Source: Felis catus
Lineage: Eukaryota
Assembly: GCF_018350175.1 (NCBI RefSeq)
Contig: NC_058368.1
Coordinates: 90,708,001 to 90,772,000, forward strand
Direction: 5' to 3'
DNA: 64,000 nt
A program made the position numbers and the translations under genes. Shown in pieces: positions 37,275 through 48,900 of this stretch. Below the pieces are notes generated by a model. The model had not been told where the DNA came from. It made no database searches and saw only the letters and a program-made list of their open reading frames with translations. Each line of letters starts with the position of its first letter. Position 1 is the stretch's first letter.

Positions 37275-37359
37275 AGGTAGGTATTTGTATTTTTTAAAAA
37301 AGAAATTAAATTAGTGTTCTTTGTCTTTGTGTTACTTCCAAGCAAATTCTATATTTGTA

Positions 37360-37395
37360 TTTTTTTAAGTTTTTAAAGTTTATTTATTTATTTAT

Positions 37396-37432
<37 letters not shown>

Positions 37433-37803
37433 AAGAGCCCAAGCTGGGGCAAAGAGAAGGAGAGACAGAATCCCAAGCAGGCTCTGCACCATCAGCACAG
37501 AGCCCGATGCAGGGCTCAAACCCACATACTGTGAGACATGACCTGAGCTGATACCAAGAGTCAGATGCTTAACCAATTAAATTAACATTTTTAAAGTTTA
37601 TTTATTTATTTTGAGAGAGAGAGAGAGAGAGAGAGAGCGCGCACACACAAGGAGGGGAGGGGCAGAGAGGGAGAGAGAAAATCCTAAGCAGGTACCACAC
37701 TGTCAGTACAGAGCCCCAGGGCTTGAACTCATGAACTGTGAGATCATGACCTAGCCAAAATCAAGAGTCAGATGCTTAACTGACTGAGCCACCCAGGCGC
37801 CCC
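37360..37803 (-). mobile_element. two tandem Can-SINEs (first lacks its head)
   Basis: Bodies at ~37360-37577 and ~37585-37803. Confidence 0.92.
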
Positions 37804-37804
37804 A

Positions 37805-38351
37805 TGTTTTTCCTTTTCTATATTTTAAGATGTTTTGACATCTTCTGATGCTTTGCTGGCTGGGGAGAGACCACCTCTCCCAGGGATAGCTGATATCTAC
37901 AGATAAGGAGCACTGTGCCTGTGAGCACGCCTTTTATATGCAAACCGACCCATCCAAAGCCTCTACCCCCCACCACCTCCCTTAGCTGAGTCTCACACAC
38001 TAAGCAATATCCTCCCTGCCCTAAGGCATGCCAGGGCCAGGTACCAGACAACTAGAGAACCCCTCTTAGAGCCTAGAGCCTGCCAAAATTACTCACTATC
38101 CAATCCTAAACTTGCCCTCTTGCCTCACCCCTTTCTTCCCTCAGAAACCACAATACAGGCTCTGGCCATGCATCCCCTCGCTCCTTCTGCCTCCTGACGG
38201 ACCCTGGTGTTTCTCTGTATGGCCCTGGTGCCATGGAATGCCCTTTTCCCTCGGGAATTGTAAGCAGCAAACTTTCCTTTCAAAGAAAGCTGTCTGTTGT
38301 TGATTACCCTACTATATCTGATTAAAGCAAAATCTCAGGTGCATTTCAACA
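37805..38351 (+). mobile_element. MER74-like ERVL solo LTR
   Basis: TG...CA; atatgcaaaccgacccatccaaagcc, ccagggccaggtaccagacaactagag, ccaatcctaaacttgc. Confidence 0.7.
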
Positions 38352-38379
38352 GGGCCCCCTCATATCCTTTCCTAGTGCA

Positions 38380-38650
38380 TATACTCCCAAATCTCAAGAG
38401 GTAGCCACTGTTCTGATTTCTATCACCACAGAGTTTTGCCTGTTCTCATCCTTCAATGGGATCATTCAGTGTTTTCTGTTTTGTGTCTGACTTCTTTCAC
38501 TCAGCATGACGAGATTCATCCATGTTGTTGAGAATACTTCTCTCTCTCTCTCTCTTTCTTTGGTGTAGTGAGTATTACATTATATGTATAGACCACAATT
38601 GATTTAACCATTTCTTTGTTGATGGGTATTTGGGTTCTTTACTATTTTAC
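38380..38650 (-). mobile_element. old L1 (L1ME-like) 3' fragment
   Basis: ccactgttctgatttctatcacca...tgtgtctgacttctttcactcagcat...gagattcatccatgttgttg. Confidence 0.8.
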
Positions 38651-38819
38651 TACCGAACAGATTTTTTCTCCTCTCGGTACCCATTTCTTGAAGAGTTTCA
38701 TGTTTCATTGTCAGCAGACTTTTTTGCAATTATGAAGTAAATTGCAAGTATCTTAGAAGCTGTGACTGGACTGTCTCGTATTCTGTCTCCTAGAATCCGG
38801 TGCCCAGCAGTAAGTGTTC

Positions 38820-39345
38820 TCCATCCATTTAACAAATCCTTCTCAAGTACTTACCACGTGCAACGGTGCTGTCCTAGGTGCTGGACTACCTCCCACGAAA
38901 AGCTGTTGCATTTCCAGCAGTGATGGTGGTGGTGGGCGGAACAGATAGTAAACACGCAGGGAAAGAAATCATATGATTTCAGGAAATGATTTACACTAAG
39001 GAGAAAATAAAGCAGGGTGAAGGTATAGTGTTCATGGGATTGAGCCCCGCATCGGTTCTGTATGTCTGGGGGCAGTTACTATAGGCTAGGTAACTGGGCC
39101 TTCTGAGAGGGTGCTTTTAAAAACTGATATATGGGGGGCACCTGGGTGGCTCAGTCAGTTAAGCATCTGATTCGATTTCGACTCAGGTCACGATCCCAAG
39201 TTCGTGGGATTGAGCCTTGCGTTGGGCTCCTCGATTAGTGTGGAGCTGGCTTGGGATTCTCTTCCTCTCTCCCCTTGCCCTTCCCCAACTTGCACACATG
39301 CTCTCTCTCTCTCTCTTAAAAAAATGTCCTTGAGGAAGGAGTAAA
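38820..39345 (-). mobile_element. L2 3' end with Can-SINE at 39133-39324(+)
   Basis: catccatttaacaaatcc..aagtacttaccacgtgc..gtcctaggtgctgg..aaaataaagcaggg..ggccttctgagagggtg. Confidence 0.7.
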
Positions 39346-39754
39346 CAGTTTTCATTTTATTAAATCTTGACTCTTGAGTGAATGATATTTTGTCTTTTGT
39401 GTCAAGAGGCACACATAAAGCATTTGATACATTCTGAAGCATGACAGTTATGTTGAGGAGAAGCATCTGTACAATTGCTTGAGTTGCAAGCTGAACTAAC
39501 CACTTTTTTCATGGAATATGACATTTTCTTGAAAGATTGACTGACAGACACACTATGGTTTTTCAGACTTGGGTATTTGGAAGATATTCTTTGGAAAATG
39601 AACAAAATGAGCCTTTTTCTTCCAGGGAAATAATGGACAGTATTTGTGGTCAACAATAAAATTTGAACTTTCAGGCAAAAATTAGACTTTTGGGAACATG
39701 TACCCACTGCTGTGAGTTTAATAGCTTCTTAATACTTAAAGACTTTTTTCTTGA

Positions 39755-39757
39755 AGT

Positions 39758-39796
<39 letters not shown>

Positions 39797-41066
39797 TTTT
39801 TTGTTTTTTTTTTTTCATTTATTTATTTTTGGGACAGAGAGAGACAGAGCATGAACGGGGGAGGGGCAGAGAGAGAGGAAGACACAGAATCGGAGACAGG
39901 CTCCAGGCTCTGAGCCATCAGCCCAGAGCCCGACGGGGGGCTCGAACTCACAGACCACGAGATCGTGACCTGGCTGAAGTCGGACGCTTAACCGACTGCG
40001 CCACCCAGGCGCCTCGAAGTTTATTTATTTTGAGAGAGAGAGCACAAGTATGAGAGTGGGGTGTGGGGTGACAGAGAGAGAGGGAGTAAGAGAATCCCAA
40101 GCAGGCTCCACGCTGTCAGTGCAAATCCCAATGCAGGGCTCAATCCCATGAAACATGAGATTGTGACCTGAGCCAAGATCAAGAGTCAGACACTTAACCA
40201 ACTGAGCCACATAGGGCCACATCAATACTTAAAGACTTTTCTGATGAGATTAATGATGATATTAATAATGTGACTTTTGATATTGCTTCATGAAACATGT
40301 CAATATTTGGAATATCTATATGACCGAGTGAGCCAACATTTTCTTTATTATTATTATTATTATTATATGCTTATTTTTGAGAGAGAGAGAGAGAGACAGA
40401 GCATAAGGGTCAGAGAGAAGAGGGAGAATCTGAAGCAGGCTCCAGGCTCTGAGCTGTCAGTGCAGAGCCTGACATGGGGCTCAAACTCATGAACTGTGAG
40501 ATCATGATGTGAGCTGAAGTCAGACGCTTAACCGACCAAGCCACCCAGGCACCCAAAACCAACATTTTCTGAATGACAAAGAATCATGTTTCTGTTGGGA
40601 AAGACAGTCTTCCACTGTGGCTCTCTCCCACTCCTACAGGGTGAGGTTCACATTGTTTGCTGTGGCAGCATGCTGTGAGTAATGAAGTCTTTTGTCTCTG
40701 ACACAGGGATCTCCTGTCTTTTGTCAGCATCCATGAAACAGTAACAAGTTAATCTATTAGCTTATAAGTAGAGTAAAATCAAATCCCAGTCCCGATGGCT
40801 ATAAAATCATGCCTGGGCAAAAGACCCAATCAAAGTACAAGACAGATGAATGAATTTAAAAATTGTTTAATGTTATACATTTATTCTGAGACAGATAGAG
40901 AACAAGTGGGGGAGAGGCAGAGAGGGGGGAGAGAGAGAATCTCAAGAAGGCTCTGTGCCATCAGTGCAGAAACCTACGTGGGGCTCCATCTCATAGACAG
41001 TGAGATCATCACATGAGCTGAAATCAGGAGTTGCTGCTTAACTGACTGAGCCACCCAGGCACCCCC
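39755..41066 (-). mobile_element. four Can-SINEs inside Charlie1 (39755-40015 young subtype, 40016-40220, 40345-40554, 40855-41066)
   Basis: TSDs gaagtttatttattt, aatacttaaagactttt, ccaacattttct, cagatgaatga. Confidence 0.95.
40593..40793 (+). mobile_element. short, internally deleted ERVL-type LTR inside Charlie1
   Basis: tgttgggaaagacagtcttcca start; gtcttttgtctctgacacagggatctcctgtcttttgtcagcatccatgaaac. Confidence 0.55.
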
Positions 41067-41792
41067 AGATGAATGAGTTTTAGTGGAACAGAATAAAAAA
41101 GTTGATCACTGTGGTTTCAAAGTTCATACTGCAACTGGCAGGGCTCATATTAGGTGGAGGGAATGAAGTGCAGGCATCATGTATCCCTGAGAATGAGGGA
41201 GTGCCCCTTTGAGTCTGCACCCTGAGTGCTCACTCACCCTTGCTCTGGCTTTGGGGACTGATCTTCCAGAAACTGCTACGTGTAGAGTTCTGACGTAGTA
41301 TCAAGTAAGAGTACCCATTATTCTTGGAAAAGGCTATTAAAACACGCCTCCCTTTTCTAACTGCATCTCTCTGGGAGTCTAGAGTTTCTCCTTTACTTCA
41401 ACCAAACAACACGTCACAGGAGACTAAAGGGAAGAACAGAGATGAGAACCCAGCTGTCTTTGCTTAATCCAGGCATTAGAGAAATCTGCAAACCTGCCAA
41501 ACAATGGCATGCTTTGCACTGCATTTTTTGGTTTGTCTTGGAAAATATAATTAGCACTTATAAAAAAATGTGATATTTATATAAGCATGCAAATGAGATT
41601 ATTATTTTTTTAATGAATTAATGAATGGATGTTTTAAAAATGTGTTGGTTAAAAATTATAATATGGTAAGCACTGATAGATATAACTCACACAAATAAAA
41701 ACTTTTTGGGGTTCTCAGTAATTTTTAAGAGTGCAAAGGGGTCTTGAGATCAAAAAGTTTGAGAACTGCTGGTCTGAATATTTAACAGTTAT

Positions 41793-41965
41793 GGGGCATG
41801 CCTGGGTGGCTCAGTCAGTTAAGCATCCGTCTGACTTTGGCTCAGGTCATGATTTCACGGCTTGGCTCGTGAGTTTGAGCCCCACATTGGACTCCATGCT
41901 GACAGCTAAGAGCCTAGAGCGTGCTTTGGATTCTGTGTCTCCCTTTTTCTCTGCCCCTCCCCTGC
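41793..41965 (+). mobile_element. Can-SINE lacking its tail
   Basis: Stops at ctgcccctcccctgc. Confidence 0.9.
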
Positions 41966-42529
41966 ATGGGTTCTAAGGATTGGGTGTGTGTGGGGGGTGC
42001 TGCTTCCTAGCAGCTGTCACATTACTTATCCCATAGCATAAAGGCTTGCTGATGAAATGGAAGGTTCCAGGTCAGCATTGGAGCTTGTGTTCTCTATATC
42101 TGCCACCAAGGCACTTTGTGATGTTGATCTCCAATTTTTTGAGTGTAAGATGAGGGGGGTTGGTAGGGGTGTCCCCCAGTGCTCTCCCAGGGGTTATGTT
42201 CATTCCAAGAGTCTATGATTTCTGAATTGCTGTTGAGACCTTGACAACTTTTGCATGGATTTAACTGGTTGGTTAGAGGAAAAAGTGCTTTTTGTTTTTT
42301 CTTTCTTTCTTTTTTGAAAAATGAATAGAAATGTTTATTAACATTTCTTTCTTAAATGGTGTTACTGTCTATTTAGGCCAGGAGTCAAGGGAGATAAGCT
42401 CATGCTAAATAGGAAAATTAGACTATTCCTCTCTTACTTAAACATCTTTCATATTGCTTAAAGAATATATGTACGTTTTTAATCAGTTACATTATTTTTT
42501 TATTTTTAAAAGATTAAAATAATTTTTTA

Positions 42530-43074
42530 TTAAAAATTAAAACAATGTTTAATGTTTATTAATTTATTTTAAATGTTTATTTATTTTTGAGAGAGAGACA
42601 GAGTGTGAGCGGGGGAGGGGCAGAGAGAGAGGGAGACACAGAATTGGAAGCAGGCTCCAGGCTCTGAGCTGTCAGCACAGAGCCTGACGCGGGGCTGGAA
42701 CTCACGAACCATGAGATCATGACCTGAGCCAAAGTCAGACGCTTAACCAACTGAGCCACCCAGGCGCCCCTAATGTTTATTTTTGAGAGAGAGAGACAGA
42801 GCACGAGCAGGGGAGGGGCAAAGAGAGAGGGAGACATAGAATTTGACGCAGGCTCCAGGCTCTGAGCTGTCAGCACAGAGCCCAGCATGGTGCTCGAACT
42901 TGCGAACTTCGAGATCATGACCTGAGCTAAGTTGGACGCTTAACCGACTGAGCCACCTAGGTGCCCCATAAAGATTTTTGTTTTTAAGTAATCTCTACAC
43001 CCAACGTGGGGCTTGAACCCACAACCCTGAGATCAGGAGTCCCATGCTCCATCAACTGAGCTAGCCAGGCACCC
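42530..43074 (-). mobile_element. three nested/tandem Can-SINEs
   Basis: Heads end at ~42770, ~42967 and ~43074; outer TSD aatcagttacatt. Confidence 0.95.
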
Positions 43075-43396
43075 TAATCAGTTACATTTTAATCAGTTAC
43101 ATTTTCAAGGTACATTTTAAAGGATACAACCATCAAATGAGGAGAAGCTTTTAGAAAATAGCTTCTAAGTGTAATTTTTGGGAAATGGCCCAAAAATTTA
43201 CTCCCACTGAATTCTACCAGATTTTCATATGACCGTTAGGTGGTACATGCAGGATCTGAGGGCAATGTCTGGACATGGTCTGCTATAGCTAAGAAATACT
43301 CTGTGAAGCATGTTTTGTGGAATTCACTGTGGGTGAAAACAAGGAAGTGAAAGGCACAGACTTACTTTCAAAAAACTTACTCTCACCTAAGAGAAA

Positions 43397-43580
43397 TCCA
43401 TCTGTTTATCTATCCATCCATCTATCCATCCATCCATCATCTATTTATGCCATCCATCCATCCACCCACCCATCATCCATCATGTATTTATCCCATCCAT
43501 TCATCCATCCATCCACCCATCCATCCATCATCCATCATCTGTTTATTCCATTCATCCATCCTTCCTCCATTATCCATCCA
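43397..43580. repeat. (CATC)n degenerate microsatellite, probably an expanded L2 tail
   Basis: Followed by L2-like cagatatttgggtg...agccaggcctagcacagg. Confidence 0.9.
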
Positions 43581-43904
43581 GCAGATATTTGGGTGTTGGC
43601 TCCTGAGAGAAGCCAGGCCTAGCACAGGTCATGAGGAGACAACAGTTGTGGGTGATTAAAAACCCAGGGGTGAGGAAACCACCTCTTCCCCGGTCCCCTT
43701 CCTGACAGTTTAGTAAAGGAAGTCACTGCAGCTTGACACAGTAGGAGGAGGGAAACCTGCTCCTTGAGCCACAGGAGCAATGTGGTTATTAGTCCACCAG
43801 GAACAGAAATGTCAGAGTCAGGTGGCTAGGAGCAATATTAATTTCTCACATAGATTCAACAATGGAGAATGAGTCTTCACTCTGCAACAAGGCTTGCCTC
43901 TGGG

Positions 43905-44108
43905 TTTTTTTTTAAGCTTATTCATTTATTTTGAGATGGAGAGTACACACAAACAGGGGAGTGGCAGAGAGAGAGGGAGAGACAGAATCCTAATCAGACT
44001 CTACACTGTCAGTGAGGAGCCCACTGTGGGGCTTGAACTCATGAACAACGAGATCATGACCCGAGCTGAAGTCAGATGCTAAAACTGACCGAGCCACCCA
44101 GGAGACCC
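43905..44108 (-). mobile_element. Can-SINE
   Basis: Full body. Confidence 0.93.
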
Positions 44109-45201
44109 TTGACTGGCAGAGGGTAGCACAGTTCACTTCCTGGCCACCCATGGGGACCACTGCCCCCTCCTTGGATCCCCACCTTGCCTCTAGGACTCCC
44201 TGCTCCCTCCCAACTGCCAATAAGCTGGCACAGCTTGCTCTACATGTTGGGGTGGATTTTTGCACCAGCTGTTGCTGCCCTCCCGAGGTCACACCCCAGA
44301 GACCTGGCTCTCTCCCCTGTGCTGGGCTATGTCACGCAGCTGGAGACAAGCTTTGGCTTTCTCCTCCCTTCCCTGGGGGCAGGGGTCCTGTCAGACCCTC
44401 CGTCTGCTCATCCCTGCAGTGCCAGAGCATCAGGAGGGAGATGTAATCAATAGGTGGCCAAGTGCTGGCTGCGGTTCCCCTAGACTGGAGGCTCATGCCT
44501 GCCGTCCCTTGCCGCTTAGTATTTACCAAGTAAAAGTCATTGCCCTGGAGACGCGGGGTTTATTGACACTGAGAAATGAACGCTGTCTGGTCTGCGGGGC
44601 TGCAGAGAAAGCTTCCTGTGTTTCTGGGCAGAGTCTCTGGGAGAAGCGTCTGCATGGGCTCTGAGGTTGGCAAGAGGACCAGGCCTCGCCCGGGCGTGGA
44701 GGGGCCGGCTAGTGAGTGGCTGGAACGGCCTGGGCATGGGACGGGGCAGGTGGGGCACCATTTGTGCTCTGAATGACCTGGTGCCTGGGATGTGTAGGGT
44801 GATGCTGTCTGCAAGTTGCCCTGCATGGACAATCCTAGCTTCAGGGGCTCCACTTCACCCATTTCCTTTTTATCTGCAGCCAGCCCTTCCCTTGTCCCTT
44901 CACTGTGTCCTATGTCAGGCTCAGCTCTAGCTGGTCCCACACTTGGGGCCTCTGCAGTTAGGATTGTTTTTGACCTTGGTGGTTGCGGCCCTGCCCTGGC
45001 ACCCCTGAGCCTTCCACACTCTGGGGTGTCTTCCTTGAAATTGTTCAAGTCCCCCTCCAGTGCCTGGAACCAGCCAGGGCTAAGGGGCTCTCCAAACCTG
45101 AATGGGGACCCGTGTAGGCCCTGGTCTCCCTTTTAGGCACAGTCTGATCCTATACACAGTGAGTGGAGTTGACCACATATCTCAAAGAGCTCTGGGATTC
45201 A

Positions 45202-45421
45202 GGGGCGCCTGGGTGACACAGTCAGTTGAACGTCTGACTTTGGCTCAGGTCAAGATCTCCCGATTCGTGGGTTCAAGCCACACATTGGGCTCTGCGCTAA
45301 TAGTTCAGAGGTGGGAGCCTCCTTCAGATTTTGTGTCTCTCACTCTCTCTGCCCCTTCCTCTCTTGTGCTCTCTCTCTCTCTCCCCAAAGTAAGTAAACA
45401 TTAACAACAACAACAACAAAA
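45202..45421 (+). mobile_element. Can-SINE with (AAC)n tail
   Basis: Imperfect TSD ctctggga(t/c)tcagg. Confidence 0.95.
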
Positions 45422-45614
45422 AGTCTGAGACTCTGGGACTCAGGCTGGTGGTTCTGTGGGTCCTGTGGCTGAGCACTGGCTCTAGGAAGGTGGCCTAGTG
45501 AGTGGATGGTTCCTGCTGGCCTGTGTGGTCTTCCTCCTGTGGGATCATGTGAAGTGGGGCTGCCAATGCTGGTTTTGGGGTGACCCAAATAGTCTACATA
45601 GAATAAATTTGTCG

Positions 45615-45692
45615 AAGACTTATTGAATCACTGTGTTGTCCGTCTGAAACTAATGTGATATTGTGTGTCAACTATGCTTCAATACAAAAAAC
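45615..45692 (+). mobile_element. L1 3' tip
   Basis: ttgaatcactgtgttgtccgtctgaaactaatgtgatattgtgtgtcaactatgcttcaatacaaaaa. Confidence 0.8.
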
Positions 45693-47248
45693 ACAGCAGA
45701 TATATTTGTCCAGGGTCTGCAAGCCGTAGGGGCAGCCATATCTGTAGCAACTCATGAGCTATCTACTTGGTCCGGTAAATGCCCAACTGCCCTGATGTTT
45801 TGTCCCAACACCTGCTCCGGTTTCCCAGGACAAACCGCGGGCACACTGTTGGGTGCTTGGGCGCGGTGATTCCTCCATCTTTAACGTGTCTCTTGCTGCC
45901 ATGACCCTGATTTTGATCAGAGGAATCCTGGTGGTTTCCAGGCAGTTCATTCCTCCTAAAGTCCTGTCCCCTGGATGCTTTTAGCATCCAGTCTCTGCAC
46001 CTGGCACTGAGGCACCTTAGGACTGACCCGGGGTCCCACCTGCCTGTGTCCTGGGGGGTGTCTGCACCTGCATCTCTGGGCAGCTGCCGGGTCTGAGTGT
46101 TCATGCCTAGCCCGCCTGCCTCAGACACTGGGTGCCTGGTTCCGTGTATACAGGGGCCACAGAGTGGAGGCTTCACATTGGTGACAGATGCTTCCTTCCA
46201 GACAGCAGATAAAGGTCGCTCCTAAATTCTAGAATAAAATCATCCACTTATCTGGAAAATGTCAGAAAGAAGAATGGCTGCCCTTTGCTGAGCTGAGCCC
46301 TGCAGGGTTTGGCAAGGAAGTGAGAAAGGCAAGACGCTGGAGAGGTGAGGCTCAGGAGAGTAGGCTCTCAGCTCAAGGAGGGAGGATATTGGGTGGCCCC
46401 ACCCGCAGGCCCATCCTGAGGTACAAGGTCATTGAGGCTGGGGCAGGAGAGTCAGGGAAGTTGGCAGCCGTGGTGGGAAGATGCATTGCATACATCGGAT
46501 CTGGGTCTGGCCAGAATTGTTCTATTTGACATCACCCACAGTGATAAATTGCTAACATCACATCAAAGGCTAGATGTTCAGGATTTCTTTGAAGAGGGCT
46601 GCCCTGGGCTGACATCCTGCTGTTTCCTAGGCAGAAGCTGAGGAAGAGCTGCCCCTTGGAGGACCTGGGGCTCTTCTGCCATTCACAGCCCCAGGCCAGC
46701 CTGCCTCCCTCCCTCCCTGCTGGCCTGCCTGGCCGCAGTGGGCATCCCAGCTGGGGAACCCAGTACTCGGCTGTGAGCCCTCCACCAGGCCAGGAGGGCT
46801 CCAGTTCAGCTGACCCATTCCTACCTCTGTGCCTTTTCTATCTTTTCTCACCATGAACACAGCTCTGCTGGACTCCCAGGCAGTGTGAGGCTTTATCTTG
46901 CTTCAATGCCAATCACCCCCCACCTCTGGCATCTCTTTTTCTATGAGTGTCGGCCCCAAGTCGGATTGTGCCTTCTAGGGTCCCTTCTAGGGTCTCTCAC
47001 ATCTCAGCAGAGTCAGGACAACCCAAAATGCTTCCTGCCCGATGCCCTGGACCAAAGGTGGTGCCCAAGGCAGTGCCTGTTACCGTGCCTCATAGCCCTT
47101 CTACTGTGATCAGTTGGGGGTGCTGGAAGGCTCTAGACTAAGTTCTGCGAGGGCCGGCCTGCATGCTGTGTAAGCCCAGTGCCTGGACGGTGCCTGGTGC
47201 CCAGTGTACATCTGTGGGAGGAATTGCTACAGAAAGAGGTCACATGCC

Positions 47249-47500
47249 TGCATTGGTCTGCTTGGGTTGGGTGCTTCGGCAACAGAAATTTACTTCCAAC
47301 AGTTCTGGAGTCTCAAAGTCTGAGGTCAAGGGTTGGCAGGATTGGTCTGTTCTGAGATCTCCACCCTCAGCCTGTAGATGGCTGGCTTCTCCGTGTCTTC
47401 ACACTGTGTTCCCTCTGTGCCCATCTGTGACCTAATCTCCTCTTCGTATCAGGACACTAAATCACATTGGATTAGTGCCCACCCTCATGCCCTCTTCTAA
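47249..47500 (-). mobile_element. MLT1A-like LTR fragment
   Basis: aacagaaatttacttccaacagttctggag...aagtctgaggtcaaggg...aatctcctcttcgtatcaggacac. Confidence 0.85.
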
Positions 47501-47504
47501 TGAA

Positions 47505-47869
47505 TTGATTTATTTATTTTTAAAGTTTATTTATTTATTCTGAGATACAGAGAGGGATCTCATGGTTTGTGAGGTCATGACCTGAGCCAAAACCAAGAGT
47601 TGGACACTTAACCAACCGAGCCACCCAGGTGTCCCTGTAAGACAAGTGTTTTTTTTTTTTTTAATGTTTATTTATTTTTGAGAGACAGAGAGAGATAGAG
47701 TATGGGTGGGAGAGAAGCAGAGAGAGAGAGGGAGACACAGGATCTGAAGCAGGCTTCAGGCTCTGAGCTGTCAGCACAGAGCCTGACGCGGGGCTCGAAC
47801 CCACAAACCGAGAGATCATGATCTGAGCCGAAGTCAGATGCCCAACCAACTGAGCCACCCAGGCGCCCC
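47505..47869 (-). mobile_element. two Can-SINEs (first internally deleted/chimeric)
   Basis: Second has TSD aagacaagtgttttt. Confidence 0.92.
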
Positions 47870-47939
47870 AAGACAAGTGTTTTTATAAAGGCTGGAATGA
47901 TGGCAAATGCTCACCCTGCATTTGATGTCCACATGAGAT

Positions 47940-48075
47940 GCTGCCTGTACATTATTTCACGGAATGCTCAAAGCAACTTCATGAGGCAGATTGCATTTTT
48001 ATGGTCATTTTACAGACAAGGAAACTGAGGCCAGGTAGGGTCAGACACCATCCCAAAGTACCACGGCTAAAGAGT
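47940..48075 (-). mobile_element. MIR
   Basis: cattttacagacaaggaaactgaggcc core. Confidence 0.8.
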
Positions 48076-48789
48076 GCCCACACTCAGCTTCAGCCACCAA
48101 GCTGCCCTGTGAAGGACGGTGAGAACCAACAATGGGCCCTGGGAGACTGGGAGGCAGGAGTCACCGCTGCAGCCCTGGTCTGGGGCTTCACAGCAGAACT
48201 TCCTCTGAAATGTCTGAGTGCAAATCCCGGACCCAGATTCTCATTTCAGGCTCCTGCAGTCTCTACTTGCACGTGCCGGTTGTCACGCCAAAGTTCAAGC
48301 CGGCAGACAGAGTTGATTAGATTTGACTTTATCCCTTGTTTTGAATTATTCATGCCTCTCCCTTAAATTCCCCAGGAATAATTTAATAATGCACAGCAGC
48401 AGGAGGGCGCCTGGGTAGGTGGCTCTGCGACGTGCTAACCCGTGATGTCTGTGGGGAGAGGCTGCCCAGGACCATCTCTCCTTTAAAGCAAGGCCCTCCC
48501 TGAGCGCTCAGGACTTGGGGAGCCTGCCTGGGCAGCCTGGAGCTCCAGGAACCTCCATCCTCCTGTGTTTCTGGCCCCCCAGCCCCATGTCCTGTCTCCC
48601 TGCAGAGCTGTGTCCAGTACCTGGCCAATGCTCCTGGACCCCAGACTCTGCTTCCATGGTCTCCAGTCCAGGCCACACCCCCCACGGCCCCAGAGTGTGT
48701 GAGATAAACTCTTCCAGCCACAGAGCTCTCCTGTTTCAGACCCTCCTCCTCCTCCTCCTCCTCCTCCTCTTTCTGCTTCTGCTTCTTCT

Positions 48790-48900
48790 TCTTTAAAAGA
48801 TCTTATTTTTGGGTATTCTCTATATCCAACGTGGGGCTCGAACTCACAACCCCCAGATCAACAGTCACATGCTCCACCTACTGAGCCAGCTAGGCAGCCC
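48790..48900 (-). mobile_element. short older Can-SINE, preceded by a (CTC)n/(CTT)n tract at 48742-48793
   Basis: ccaacgtggggctcgaactcacaacccccagatc; TSD gt(t/g)tt(c)cagaccct. Confidence 0.85.

Larger units (their letters stand above)
39345..41771 (+). mobile_element. Charlie1-type hAT DNA transposon fossil (decayed transposase 3' half plus right TIR), repeatedly interrupted
   Basis: ttgagttgcaagctgaacta, ttcagacttgggtatttgg, aaaggctattaaaa, gatgagaacccagctgtct; ends aaaagtttgagaactgctg (TIR). Confidence 0.85.

Noticed and set aside
39402..39707. ORF within the hAT fossil as a domesticated transposase
   Set aside because: Antisense to the transposase, whose sense frame is interrupted.
45834..45868. 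Small CpG hairpin accgcg...cgcggt as a pre-miRNA
   Set aside because: Stem is too short and bulged for a ~60-70-nt precursor.
48394..48412. CTCF-like cagcaggagggcgc
   Set aside because: One-base spacing error against the CCASYAGRKGGC core; cannot be supported.
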